Program-made: the position numbers and the translations under genes | Part shown: in pieces, positions 14,817 through 28,828 of the stretch | How the letters are laid out: each line of letters starts with the position of its first letter | Numbering within the stretch: the first letter of the stretch is position 1 | Notes under the pieces: model-generated | Told to the model about the DNA's origin: nothing | The model's input: only the letters and a program-made list of their open reading frames with translations | Databases searched by the model: none | Assembly: GCF_006345805.1 (NCBI RefSeq) | Contig: NC_042997.1 | Coordinates: 71,734,001 to 71,798,000 of the forward strand | DNA from: Octopus sinensis | Lineage: Eukaryota | Direction: 5' to 3' | Length of the DNA: 64,000 nt

Positions 14817-16889
14817 ATCTATCTGTCTGTCTCTCTGTCTGTCTGTCTGTTTATCGATCGATCAATTAAACTTATTTTCATTTCATTTTTATCGTTCTTC
14901 CCCTTCCTTTGATATTTGTTCAGCTGATGTCTCTTACCTTTTATCTTTCTCTCTTTTCATATTTCTCTCTTTTCATCTTACCCGATTTTTTCTGATTCTT
15001 CCTGTGGTGTATGCGTTTCTCCCTGTTTACTACTATGTATAGAAGAAAACTCCATACCATTGATATATTTCGTTTGTAATCGACTGATGAGGGCGTTACT
15101 ATCATAAGTTGTTATACAGCCACTTGAAACATGTGTTAAATGTTTTCGAAATTTAAATAATTGGCTTGTGATAATTTCCTAATAATATATTATTCAAGTT
15201 TAATAACAATCTAGCCCACTCTTATCTGAATAATACAGTTATATATAATGCAATATGGGAATAGATGTAGAATGCTTATCTGGATACCGAGTCGTATTTG
15301 ATAAGTGTACTGCATCAAGGTATACTACTGAATACACATATACATACATACATTAATTTATATTTATATTTATCTTTTTATCTATATGTATATACGAGAT
15401 GTCCATCCACGTGTGCACCAGCAGTTGTATATGCATAGAACAGAACAACAGACGAAAAACTTAATGAGTTTGCAAAGCTCGGACTTAGAGAATATCTCGT
15501 TTGTGTAAACTATATTAATTTTCAGTTGGAACCCAGCTTGAGGTATATCTTCTCTTTTCATCCGTGAAGGCACCGCCATTTCATCATGTGCTTGCATTTG
15601 GATAGAAAGAGAAAATCTTAAGAATAGACATACATTTTGGTATGTGTCATCACAGAACATGACTCAACTTTGAAGCCAAGCGTTAAAGATAAGAAAGTGA
15701 AATAGAAGTAGGAAAACGTTATGGAAAATGAGGAATAGTTTGCAAGGAGGAGAAAAAAGGAGTAAGAGAGAATGAGTGTTGGTGTGTGTATGAAGAAGAG
15801 GAGGAAAGATATGCACTAGAAATAATTTTGTAAGCGTTTAAAATTTATCATTCTATTAATTTTTTTAAGTATATGCTCACGCTTGCACTTTCTGATTATG
15901 AATACCGTTGTAAATCATTATTCCACCTCTGCATTTGAAAGTGCAAATGATGAATGATAGTGAAATGGAAAATATTTCTATAAGATAGAGCAATGATGAA
16001 ACTGCAATTTACGTTTGGTTGAGAAGTATAACATCCTGTATAAGTAAAACAATGTCTGAATATAATAAAATAGAAGTCCAAAATTTTCTCTGAGTGTAGG
16101 AATCTGCATATGTATGTACGCATATATATCTACACACATATGCATATATGCATATCTATCTATGTATCTATCTACACACCCGCACGCACGCATATGAAAA
16201 TGGTTTGAGCAAAATAACCCAGTTTAGTCAGTAACATATATTTGAACAACAAATACGAATAAAGTTATATTAAGCGCCATACAAAATAAATCCCATCACC
16301 TGATGGCAACTGGAACCAGATCAAAATGATGAAGGGAGATAATCTCAAGACTCAAGTATTCTCCAAAATTGACATGTTTTAAGCAAGACAGCTTTAGTGC
16401 CGGGATACATAAAGACAGCTGGCGACAGGTATTTCTGTCTCAATAAGCTTCAACAGAACAACAGTTGTCTAACCTTGTATGCCATCATTTTACTTTGTTG
16501 TACATGCACGCATATATACATTAAGTATACATATACACACATATGCACACATAGATACATACAAACACGTGTATATGTATATGTCTGTATGTCTATCTTT
16601 ATGCATATGTGCATGTGTAAATATTACAATCTATGCCTGTTTTCGAATCTCAAAATTTTCCGTAAGTTATATAATTCTGGTTGTTTACAGCGATAAATTC
16701 ACCTTTCTCATTAAAACAACGAGTTTGAAAAAAGTATCAGATATTAATTTGGAAACGGTTGTAATTCCTTCTTTGCTTGTAAATAAAGTTTTGGAGAATT
16801 ATTGTTAGGTGTCAAATACAATAGATGCTTATCTGCTTGCCTAATTTCTTTTCTATCGCCATTTCATACATATACATATACATACATAC

Positions 16890-16993
<104 letters not shown>

Positions 16994-17875
16994 GTGACCG
17001 CGTGTGTACCGTTGGCGAATTTTTTCCTCCGTCTTCCCTTCTTTGGATCTTTCCTTTTCCTATGTTTCTGGCGAAGAGCGTCCAATAATACTATACTTGT
17101 TCCACGTCCTCGTGTTGTTGTGTTTTCTCTTTGTTTTTTCATGTTTGGATTAACTATATATATATATATATATATAATATACGAAGAACATTTTAAAAGG
17201 TCACTGGGCCATTTATATCATTTGGAAAAAACCCATTCAGTGCTTTATATGTTGAATTAATTATCCAACTGTCAGAAAAGGTCAATTGTTCAAGGTTAGA
17301 GTTCGATGACTTCAACAGTAGTAAAGCATATAAGCAGCTGTCACTAAATATGATCAAACAAACTTTATGGAATGGGAGTTAATTGAAGCATTCAAACTTG
17401 TCACCTACAAACCTACATATAGTATCCCCTTCCCAATCACTTATACCTAGCATACAATCTTTTGAAAATCTGTCTTTATTTACTTTGATTTATCTTCTCG
17501 ATCTCACGCTTTTAAAAAAGTCTTTGCTTGGAACCCTGAGTCATATGAAAAAAGGGATGAAGTCATTTTTTTATATATAGTCAATTCTTGTATTTATATA
17601 ATATATTCTGTGTTTCTCCAAGGCAAAGGGTCGGGTTTTTATACAGAAAAGGAAAATGTAGTTTGTAACTTCAAAAAGCATTAAATATATCGGGGGAAGA
17701 AACCAGTTAGTGACGACGATGGATATGGTGACGATAGTGATAATGACAGTAATCACGAGTAGGGAGCAAACAACGAGGAGGACGATACAATCTGAAGATG
17801 ACAGGGAGGAGGCGAGTAAAAGGGATTGTAAGGGATAACTTTGGGCAAAAGTCATTGATTTGTTGGTCAACTTAC

Positions 17876-18013
17876 TTGAGGAATCTAAACATGTATGACT
17901 TGCTGCAGCTCGACCATTCGAATCGACCATTTTTGGCGACCAACTGAGGAGACATGATTTTGCCGACATGTTGGGTGCAGAAATTGTTCTCACCATCATG
18001 CAGCATCCCGAAG
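17876..18013 (-). CDS. ADAMTS18: ADAMTS16/18-like exon with third zinc His and Met-turn (138 nt)
   Basis: (N)FGMLHDGENNFCTQHVGKIMSPQLVAKNGRFEWSSCSKSYMFRFL(N); acceptor gttttcag, donor gtaagt; phase 2 to 2. Lies within track ORF 17872..18141. Confidence 0.95.
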
Positions 18014-18148
18014 CTGAAAACAACAACAATAATAATCATAATAGTAGTAGTGGTAGTAGTAGTTTTTTTATTGAACTCAGAACGTAAAGAGGGACAAAAT
18101 GCCGCCAAGCATATTTTTCGGCGCATTATCGATTCTGCCAATAATAAT

Positions 18149-18224
<76 letters not shown>

Positions 18225-18226
<2 letters not shown>

Positions 18227-19143
18227 TTCTATCATAAAGGAAAGCAAAAAATTTGCTATTGATCTCGTGCAGGATACCCAAACTGAACAACCCGAGGGAA
18301 GTACGGCAACTATTGTTGCAAAGAAGGTGAAAATGATGGCAATGAAGAAAGCGCACGAGCAATTGGCTGATAGGTGGGAGGAGAAACCTCTGCACGGCAA
18401 ATATGTGACCCGCAGCAAACAAGCTGATGTTGACCAGAAGCAAACCCATTAGTGGCTACGGAGCTCAGGGCTAAAAGCAGAGAGCGAAGGTTTCATCCTG
18501 GCAGCTCAAGATCAAAGCCTATTAACCCGGAACTACCAGGCCAATGTGATGAAAAATGGAGCAGACCCAAAATGCCGATTCTGCAACGACATGATTGAAA
18601 CAGTGGACCACCTAATCTCTGGATGTAAAGTCTTAGCACCAGTGGAGTATAAATTAAGACATGACAGAGTTGGCCAATATCTCCACTGGCTAATAAGTCG
18701 GCATTACAATATCAAAACTGCCGACAAGTGGTATAATCACCACCCTGAGGCTGTAACTGAAGGAGAAAATGTAACCATTCTGTGGGACTTTCCAGTACAT
18801 ACAGACCGAACCATCAAGGCCAATAAACCAGATATTGTTGTGAAAGACCAAAACAATAAAGTTATCATAATATCTCAGCGAAAGAGTTTGACAAGCTCAG
18901 AAAATACAAAGACCTACTCATTGAAATTGAGAAAATGTGGCATCTCAAGGCGGTTACAATACCAGTGATCGTAGGAGCACTAGGAATGATCAAGAAGGGA
19001 ACCGAAAATTATATGAGAATGATCCCTGGCTTACCATCCCTGCAAGAAGTGCAAAAGATTGTCTTAACTGGTACATCACACGTATTGAGAAGAGCATTGT
19101 CGATGTGAGAACTGTTGCTGCTCATGTATTTTAATTTAACTTT
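18225..19143 (+). mobile_element. 5'-truncated R4/Dong-clade non-LTR retrotransposon (3' ~0.9 kb)
   Basis: KPLHGKY, AAQDQSL.TRNY, zinc motif CRFC..ETVDHLISGC, RHDRVGQYLHW, WDFPVHTDRTIKANKPDIVV (restriction-like endonuclease). Has a stop and a frameshift. Preceded by (AAT)n, followed by A-run. Confidence 0.92.
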
Positions 19144-19167
19144 AAAAAAAAAAAAAAAAAAAAAAAA

Positions 19168-21370
19168 TGGGTGATGTGAAAGAACAAGTGGGTAAAGTGC
19201 CTAACTGGAAAGCCCCCAGACCACATGGGATTCGTGGCTTCTGGCTGAAGAGATGCCATGCCGTGCATGGAAGACTAGCAGCCCAATTGAATGAGTGTGT
19301 CCAGAAAGGTACAGTCCCCACGTGGATGGTGACTGGGAGGACAAAACATAATGAAAGATAGAAGAAAGGGGAATATTGTGAGAAACTACCGCCCCATAGC
19401 ATGCCTTAAATATAATCTAGAAAATACTCACTGGAATATGTGCGGCAAAGACATATACATTCCTGGCACAGGAAAAATACTAACAAGGGGACAAAATGGA
19501 TGTAGGAAGAGTTCTCAGGGTACCAAGGATCACCTGGTCATCGATAAAACAGTTTTGAGGCATTATATAAAAAACATCATACAAACATGTCTACAACTTG
19601 AATTGACTTTAAGAAGGCGTATGATATGATGCCTCATTCTTGGATCGTTGAATGCCTGCAGATGTCTGATGTTGCTGACAATATCTCAAATTTTCTGCTG
19701 CATAGCATGACAGAGTGGAAAACCAAATTGTACTCAAGTAATGTATTCCTTGGGGAAGCTAATATTAAAAGGGGCATCTTCCAATGTGACTCGTTTTCTC
19801 CGTTACTTTTTTGCAATTGCACTAATACTCATAACAATGACACTTAGGAAAGTGAAGATGGGTTACCGATGTGAGAAGAAAGGTCCATCATTGAACTATC
19901 TTCTGCTAATGGATGACCTGAAATTGTTTGGGAAATCTGAAAAGCAGATAGATTCCTTAACCAAAACAGTCCGTGTGGTAGAGACATCGATATGGAATTT
20001 GAAATCACCAAATGTTCAGTACTTAATATGAAAAGAGGGAAGAAAGCAGCCTGCAGATGAATGCGGCTGACATGAGGAGAGACCATGGGTGAATCCGATG
20101 GTAATGGGTATAAATACTTAGGGATTTGGGAGCTGGATGACATTCTACACAGAGAAATGAAAGTCAAGGTCAGTGAGGCGTATCAAAAAAGGGTGAAAAT
20201 GGTGTTGAAATCCAACGTGAATGCCAAAAACTTGATTACCGCAATGAATATCTGGGCAGTTGCGGCGGTCAGATATAATGCGTCCATCCTCAAATAGACT
20301 AAGAAGGAAATATCAAGACTGGATAGAAGGACGAAAAGGTTGATGACGCTGCATGGGACGCTACACCGTAAAGCAAACGTGAGCAGGCTGTATATGAAAA
20401 GAAAGAATGGTGGCAGAGGACAAATTAGTGTAGACCATTGTATAAGGAGTGAAAGGAGAACGCTTACCGAGTATTTGATAAATAGTGATAAAGACCTTCT
20501 GCAATATGCCGTGAAAGATATGGATGTAAATGCAGATGAAATGATGGGCAAGGCAGAGTTTAACCAAAGAGCTGAGGAGAAGCGAAAAGAAGACATTCTT
20601 GAAATGAGAATGTATGGACAGTTTGAAAGGAATACACAAGATGTTAAGGACAATACAGCATCGTGGGCATGGCTTGAGCGTACCACCGAAAGCCTAATCA
20701 TTGCTGCACAAGACCAGGCTCTCACTACCAATTCGGTGAAGTATAACATCTATAAAACGTCTGACACCCAGAAATGCAGATTTTGTGGAAAGAGTGTGGA
20801 AAATGTAACCCACTTGGTAAGTGGATACAAGCGCCGCCACGATAAAGTGTGTGTGTATCTTCATTGGCTCTTATGCCGTAAATACCAATATAAATTAACA
20901 GAGAACTAGTATGAGCATGTACCAAGTAAAGTTATGTAGGAGGATGGAAAAGTAACGATACTGATGGGACTATAATTTTCTGACGGATCGTGTAATCAAA
21001 CACCATCGGCCGGATAATGTCATATTGAATAAGAAAGACAAATACTGCCAAATCATTGATGTAGCCATACCAAATGACATGAATGTTGTGAGTAAAGAGG
21101 TTGAAAAAATCATCAAGTATTCCGAACTGAAAGTGGAAATGGCAAGACTGTATGGAATGCGAGAGGGTAATGTAAAAGTGATACCAGTGGTGATCGGAGC
21201 GTTGGGCTTAAGCAACTGGAAATCCCATACAAGATTGATGACTTGCAAAAAGCAGCCTTAATGGGCACAACGCACATCTTAAGGAAAGTATTATCTGTCT
21301 GAGATCCTTGTGACTTGACAGATGACTGAAGACTCCGGTGCATTTTTACTTACACTGTGTTACGAAGGAA
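19168..21370 (+). mobile_element. Degenerate R4/Dong-clade LINE (RT to RLE), 5'-truncated
   Basis: PNWKAP..GI.GFWLK, NYRPIACL, LLMDDLK, YKYLGI, AAQDQALTTN, CRFC..ENVTHLVSG, RHDKVC.YLHW, IIDVAIP, IPVVIGALG across several frames; (AAC)n tail. Confidence 0.92.
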
Positions 21371-22128
<758 letters not shown>

Positions 22129-22150
22129 ATAATAATAATAATAATAACAA

Positions 22151-22238
<88 letters not shown>

Positions 22239-22300
22239 AATAATAATATTTTAAAAGGATTGAGGTAACTCTTCACAAAGACAAGACGAAGAGCGCGATT

Positions 22301-22507
22301 CGATTGCAATAGATATTTTATTGGTTGAACGATATTTCAACAGTAAGCCTGTCTTTGTCGACTTCAAAATGAAAAGTGATAAAAAATTCAAAATTATAAA
22401 TTTGAATTTCTATAATTTTGAATTTTTATCACTTTTCATTTTGAACTCGACAAAGACAGGCTTACTGTTGAAATATCGTTCAACCAATAAAATATCTATT
22501 GCAATCG
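22301..22507. repeat. Near-perfect 207-bp palindrome (foldback/MITE-like)
   Basis: cgattgcaatagatattttattggttgaacgatatttcaacagtaagcctgtctttgtcga... is mirrored by ...tcgacaaagacaggcttactgttgaaatatcgttcaaccaataaaatatctattgcaatcg. Confidence 0.92.
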
Positions 22508-22508
22508 C

Positions 22509-22561
<53 letters not shown>

Positions 22562-22599
22562 GAGTTAGTGATATCTTTTAACATGAATTATATACTCAC

Positions 22600-22705
22600 T
22601 TGTGGCCTATCTCATGGGCGACTGTGAGTGCAGTGGTGAGCCCTGTGTCCTCATTAACAGTACAGCTACGAACTCTGTTGCACATACCCTCAATAGGAGC
22701 AAAAC
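22600..22705 (-). CDS. ADAMTS18: ADAMTS16/18-like exon carrying the first half of the zinc-binding motif (106 nt)
   Basis: (G)[34 protein letters not shown](N); acceptor tttaacag, donor gtgagt; phase 1 to 2, in frame with both neighbouring exons. Confidence 0.95.
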
Positions 22706-23203
22706 CTGTTAAATAGTAAAAACGAACATAGGAAAAAATAAACATTGCCATTCGTCATTATGGGTGGATCATTTTCTTTAAACTATTTATATTCATGAAC
22801 AGATGCTTTGAATGAATATATAATAATTTCTTAGTAATGTGGTTACTTTTGAAAGTAAATATAACTAAGAGACAAAACAAAACCACTGAATTTAGAGACA
22901 ATGGTTAATGTATGTTTTCTCATATACACCCTTTATGTTCATCAAAATTTGTTCTTAGTTTATTTCAATACTATATATTGATTCAATTCTGACTAGACAC
23001 AGACAGCCTATTTGTGGATATGGGAATTGTGACATTCATTCACTCTCAAGGCAATTATGTGAATACATTCAACGACAAAACTCCATCCGGAGATTTGAAA
23101 CTGCATCGCACTTTTATTTTACCATATTTTCTCACGTCCCCAATAATTATATAACAAATATAAATACTGGTGTCTTTTGCTCACATACGCAACTTCGCAC
23201 ATA

Positions 23204-23469
23204 CGTGATGCGATCAATAAGTATCCGGACTGTTGCTATAGTAACGAAGCTAAAGCACGCAGAATGAAGCTGCTTGGCGCATATTGGCCTTGAACTCTGC
23301 TGTGCATGAGCACTAAGTTTTCACGTTCTAGCTCACTTCTGCTGTTTACAGCAGTGCTTGAAATGAACGTGTGTAGAGTTTAAGGTTAGTGTTTGCCAAG
23401 CGGTTTCACTTTGCGTGCTTTAGCTTCGTTACTATAGCAACAGTTTGGATAATTATTGATCAGACCTCA
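23204..23469. mobile_element. Tc1/mariner-type MITE
   Basis: TA-flanked. ~55-bp TIRs gatcaataagtatccggactgttgctatagtaacgaagctaaagcacgc / gcgtgctttagcttcgttactatagcaacagtttggataattattgatc. Confidence 0.85.
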
Positions 23470-23995
23470 TATATGGAACAGAAATGTCATGGTTTACACT
23501 GACGTTGTCTTCATAAAGAGGAACAACTGTTTAAGATATTTTTATCAGTAAAAGCTACTTAGCTTTTAGGGGCTGTGACAATAATTGACTAGCCAGATCA
23601 TTTTTTATTCCTTGTTACAATACAATACAGTCTGGTGACAGAAGAACTAACTTGCAAGAGAACTGAAACTGGCAAGTAATTTGTTAATTTAAAGTATCAA
23701 GTAAAAATTATAGATATCCCATAAATCGCTGCTTATTTTCTCCAGCTTCATTAAAAGCTCACAGTAACAATGTCGAACTTTCATCTCAATAGAAAGAAAG
23801 TAAGCTGCAAATATATATTGCAAAAGAACCAGTAACTGACATGCGTAAAATTATGTGCTCTGTACAGAGATATAACTCAGCGTTTTTATTAGAGTTGATG
23901 TAAATTCGTAATCTAGAAATCAGTACTCTAATACGTACCTTCTTTATAGGATCATTTTGTTTCTATATAATTAGATATGATTGGAAGAAACTTAC

Positions 23996-24155
23996 CAACT
24001 GTGTCACATGGTTCATCTTTATAAGAACAGATATCAGTACCGGTGAGCAAAATTGCATGATCGTGCTGGCGGCCATTAGCGCCAACAAGTACAGATTGCC
24101 AAGAACAGAAGCTATTTAGTGTCGTATCAGCATGATGTCCGATGTTTAATCCTGG
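23996..24155 (-). CDS. ADAMTS18: ADAMTS16/18-like metalloprotease, internal exon (160 nt)
   Basis: Manual translation PGLNIGHHADTTLNSFCSWQSVLVGANGRQHDHAILLTGTDICSYKDEPCDTV+G; acceptor ctccacag, donor gtaag; phase 0 to 1. Resembles the ADAMTS16/18 HHAD..LNSFC.WQ / HDHAILLTG.DICS.K.EPCDT segment. The symbol is a best match; 16 vs 18 cannot be resolved. Confidence 0.95.
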
Positions 24156-24408
24156 CTGTGGAGTAAATAGAAAAACAAAACAAACTCATCATCTAATACG
24201 AATACAGTTTGGACGACGTGTTCTGTCCATTGGGAAGTGTACGACACTCGTCAGTTTTGGTCTAAATATTAATTTCCTACAGACGTGACGCAAAATCTTT
24301 TACTTCTATTACTGTTATTGTTGCTACTGCTGAGCTCGAAATTAAAACTTGAATGAGAATATGTGTATGTGTGTATGCATATATATATATATGCAAGTAT
24401 ATATATAT

Positions 24409-24439
<31 letters not shown>

Positions 24440-24540
24440 TATATATAATATTATATATATATTATATATATGTAGGTCCCGGGTTGATTCGGGGTTAACC
24501 ACAGTAAGTAAGGTACTCAATACATAGCAGAGTAAAATTA

Positions 24541-25411
24541 ATTTATTATATAGAAGGAGCTTCTACAGGACTAGTACTGTTTCATTCAAGAGAAATCTTC
24601 AGGAAGCTATTTAACAAGAATTGTATTAGCATTTATACATTTAGGCAGGTTTAAAGGAGTGGTGGTGGGGGACTTTTTGGGGGTAGGCATAGCGCAAAAT
24701 ATCATACTTGGGGGAGTGGTCAAGGAGTCAGTGGTAAGTTAGATGAAAGAATAGATAAATAAAAAAATAAAAAAATAAAATAAAAAAATAAAAAAATAAA
24801 AAAATAAATAAATAAAAAATAAAATAAAAAAATAAAAAAATAAAAAAATAAAAAAATAAAAATGCACACACAACACACCTAGTTCCCTATATACACATAT
24901 TTACACCTATATATACACATACACCCACATACGCACATGTACATATATATATATATATAATATATATATATATACATATATATATGTATGTATGTATATA
25001 TATATATATATATATATATGTACATGTGCGTATGTGGGTGTATGTGTATATATAGGTGTAAATATGTGTATATAGGGAACTAGGTGTGTTGTGTGTGCAT
25101 TTTTATTTTTTTATTTTTTTATTTTTTTATTTTATTATTTATTTTTATTATTTATTTTTTTATTTTTTTATTTTTTATTTTATTTTTTATTTTTTTATTT
25201 ATCTATTCTTTCATCTAACTTACCACTGACTCCTTGACCACTCCCCCAAGTATGATATTTTGCGCTATGCCTACCCCCAAAAAGTCCCCCACCACCACTC
25301 CTTTAAACCTGCCTAAATGTATAAATGCTAATACAATTCTTGTTAAATAGCTTCCTGAAGATTTCTCTTGAATGAAACAGTACTAGTCCTGTAGAAGCTC
25401 CTTCTATATAA

Positions 25412-25416
<5 letters not shown>
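24541..25416. repeat. ~875-bp palindrome with ~415-bp arms and a TA-repeat centre
   Basis: 24541-~24958 is the reverse complement of ~25001-25416. Unique parts look identical by eye; the A-rich run differs slightly. Confidence 0.95.
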
Positions 25417-25482
<66 letters not shown>

Positions 25483-25679
25483 GTGAAATAGAAAGATGAA
25501 TAATCTTGTAGTAGATTAATCAAAAGTTTAACCGATACCTTAGTAGCAAAAATCACAGCAGTAAACAGCACGGTTGGAGGTACAACCATCTGGCGTTGCA
25601 ACCGTGCGTTGGTGCGGAATTCACCAATAATGTTTTTATATATATATATATTAAATTTATAATAATATACATATGTGAA

Positions 25680-26013
25680 GGCGCGTGGCTCAGTGGTTAG
25701 AGCGTCGAGCTTACGATCGTGAGGTTGTGAGTTCGAATCCCGGACCGGGCTGCGTGTTGTGTTCTTGAGCAAGACACTTTATTTCACGTTGCTCCAGTTA
25801 ACTCAGCTGTAGAAATGAGTTGCGACATCACTGGTGCCAAGCTGTATCGGCTGCTGCCTTTCCTTTGGATAACACTGGTAGCGTGGAGAGGGGAGGCCGG
25901 TATGCATGGACGACTGCTGGTCTTCCATAAACCACCTTGCCCAGACTTGTGACTAGGAAGGTAAATATATAGGTGCAATCCCATGGTCTGTGTCGTGACC
26001 GAAGGGGGTCCCG
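25680..26013 (+). mobile_element. tRNA-derived SINE (family C) with intact pol III boxes
   Basis: A box TGGCTCAGTGG, B box GTTCGAATCC, then gtgttgtgttcttgagcaagacac core. Confidence 0.85.
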
Positions 26014-26034
26014 ATATATATGTATATATTTATA

Positions 26035-27335
26035 TTAAGGGAGCAAGGGCGGAAACGAGCTATCTCCAGGATGTTTGAAGAGCAGATACCTTCAAAAAAC
26101 TACCGAAACCTCCAGATAAATATACACATGACTGAAAGCGGGCTAGTGAAAGAATATTAAAAAGACCTCACGTTAATTGTGAATTGGTTCCAACATGTGG
26201 CTGTCGTGAGGGGGTTTAAAATTGACTTATCTCGGATTTATACGTGCAAATATATGTATGTAGACATGTGAACCTGCTTTATACGGTATGCACAATTATT
26301 TGGATTTATATTTTCCGTGTACTGTGTCGACGAAGGAAGAATGCTTATTTATGGTTTTAATTCAGAAATTGAAACCAATTCACAATTAACGCAAGGTCTT
26401 TTTAATATTCTTTCACAAGCCTGCTTTCAGCAATGTGCATATTTATCTGGAGATTTTGGCAGTTTTTTGAAGGTATCGGCACTTCAAGCATGCTGGAGAT
26501 AGGTAGTTTTCGCCCTTGGTCCCTTAAAAGAATATACCCTTACTGGTTTCAAAAACACTTTATTGAAATTAATCGTAACAAATGCTCAAATTGAGCACCC
26601 TCTACAATAAAACATGCCGAAAAAAACATAAAATAAAATGCATTAATTATTTTTAATGAAAACCAGAATGGTGCGCGACTTCTGGGACACCCTGTATACA
26701 TATGTACATTATTATTAAGTTAATGCATAAATTGCCTATATATTTTTATAGCATGCTGACTATCTGATAAAAATCATTGACGTGATTTTTATCCTTATAT
26801 TCTATTATGAATTAATAAATAAATTAAAATAAAATAATAATATTTTTCTCCTGACCGGAATAGCATTTACTGCTTGACTATTCTTATAATATACACGTGG
26901 CTGTCGTGAGGGAATTTAAAATTGACTTATCTTGGATCTATACGTGCAAATATTTGTACGTAGAGGTGTGAACCTACTTCGTACGGTATGTACAATTATT
27001 TGAATTTATATTTCCCGTGTATTGGCGAAGGAAGAAAGCCTATATATGGCTTTAATCAAGAAATTGGTACCAATTCATAACGTAAGGTCTTTTTAATATT
27101 CTTTCACTAGCCTGCTTTCAGCCATGTGTATATTTATCTATAGTTTTTGGTAGGTATCGGCACTTCAAGCATGCTGGAGATAGGTCGTTTTCGCCCTTGG
27201 TCCCTTAATATAATTATATACATATGTATATTGTTATTGATTTAATGTATAAATTGCCTATAAATTTTTATAGCATACGGACTACCTGATAAGAATCATT
27301 AACGTGATTTTTATCCTTATATTCTATTATGAATT
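26035..27335. repeat. Inverted partial copy plus two tandem ~440-bp units (Penelope pLTR-like arrangement)
   Basis: Units 26194-26813 and 26894-27335 are collinear and diverged; 26035-26193 is the reverse complement of 26369-26527. Confidence 0.85.
26537..26694. mobile_element. Tc1/mariner terminal fragment inserted in the first tandem unit
   Basis: Ends in cttctgggacaccctg|TA, a typical Tc1/mariner TIR end; absent from the second unit. Confidence 0.65.
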
Positions 27336-28828
27336 TATATATATATATATATAATGAAAGGCGTTCCAACCATGACAATTTTTTTATTTGTATTTACTCA
27401 TACAATTCGCTTCCATTCTTACGATGGATAGGTTTGATTTGAGGGAAGTTTGGAAGTTATTTTTGGTGGATAGATAAAGTTGAGAGTCTTCATATTGATA
27501 ATGGGCTGCAACATTGTAACTAGGGATACTAGTATGCTTGAAAAACGAGTTAAGACCTTTTTATTAACCAAATTATTTAGTTTGTGGTGAGAACAATCTT
27601 TTTGCAAATGACCAAATTGAAATTCTGGCAAAAAAAGAAAAAAACAACAGGAAACTGGTAACCGCCCCAGAAATTGTCATTTATCAAAATGGACGTAATA
27701 TGAAATACAGTGGGGAATGAGTCTAAATTTCAGCAATACACTACTAATTAAGGTTCTGGTTTGATCTTATTAGACCTTATCAGTAATATACAAATCTAAC
27801 TATTGATGTATATCTTAGATGACTATAGCAGTTTGTAATTGAACATACGGATGTTTAATAACTATAATGAATGACTGAGACAGATAACCGTCACGTATTT
27901 AATTCATGACAGGAAAAGAGCTTTACGAATAAATTGCTACCAAGTTTCCAAACTCATATCCAGCATGAGTTAAAATATTAAAACTGGTGCACAAAACTTT
28001 CCAAAATAAAGGTTACTGTTAGATTTGTAAAAAAAAAAAAAAGAAAAGAAAAAACGCATTTAGTCGATTGTATTCCTAGTTCATAAGTGGTCTATATTTT
28101 AAGACACCAGTTTGGTGTTAATCCATGTTTTTGCCGGCAGAATTCGAAATTAGATCTTAGAGGAACACCATACAATACTGCAAGATACTTAATACAACAC
28201 TTCACAACTTCCGTCTCGCCATTACCTTTAAAATAAAATAAATCAAAGTCAAAAGTCGACAGGTTTTACCCACCCGGTGATGAGAAGGGTATTATATTAC
28301 TAAAAACGTTTACACCTACGGTAAAACATTGAAATTTAAGATAAAGACATTATCACACTAAAAAAAAGCAAAATCACTCCTTACCATCCTCCAACTCCTT
28401 GAGCGACGACAACAGCAACAACAATAAACATTTTTTAAAACGCGGCGTATTCGATACCAATTTTGTTCACATATAGCCAAACATTTACTGTGTACTCTTG
28501 AACAATTGATTAAGGTGTCGCTTGACATCCCAATGAAGTCGCGATTATGATTAACTGAGATGTTTTACATGAAACTATTTCGTAGCTCGGGTGGTCGTTA
28601 TGATCTCGGGTTTCTAGCAGCACACGTACACACACACTCATACGAAGTGGCATACCCCAAAATGTGACTATCTACACAGCAGAGATAAGATACTACATAG
28701 GAAGTTATTATAAGCTTATCCACCCTGTATGTCAATTACACATGCACACGCAAACACACGCACACGCACACAACGCACACGCGCACATGCACGCATACTT
28801 GCACGGATCAGTTTACATTTATGTTTAA

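Noticed and set aside
17061-17082. ctggcgaagagc, the first half of a hammerhead-like core
   Set aside because: No downstream GAAA or helix; too truncated to call.
25680-25752. tRNA-like sequence with A and B boxes
   Set aside because: It continues directly into the SINE body, so it is a SINE head rather than a tRNA gene.
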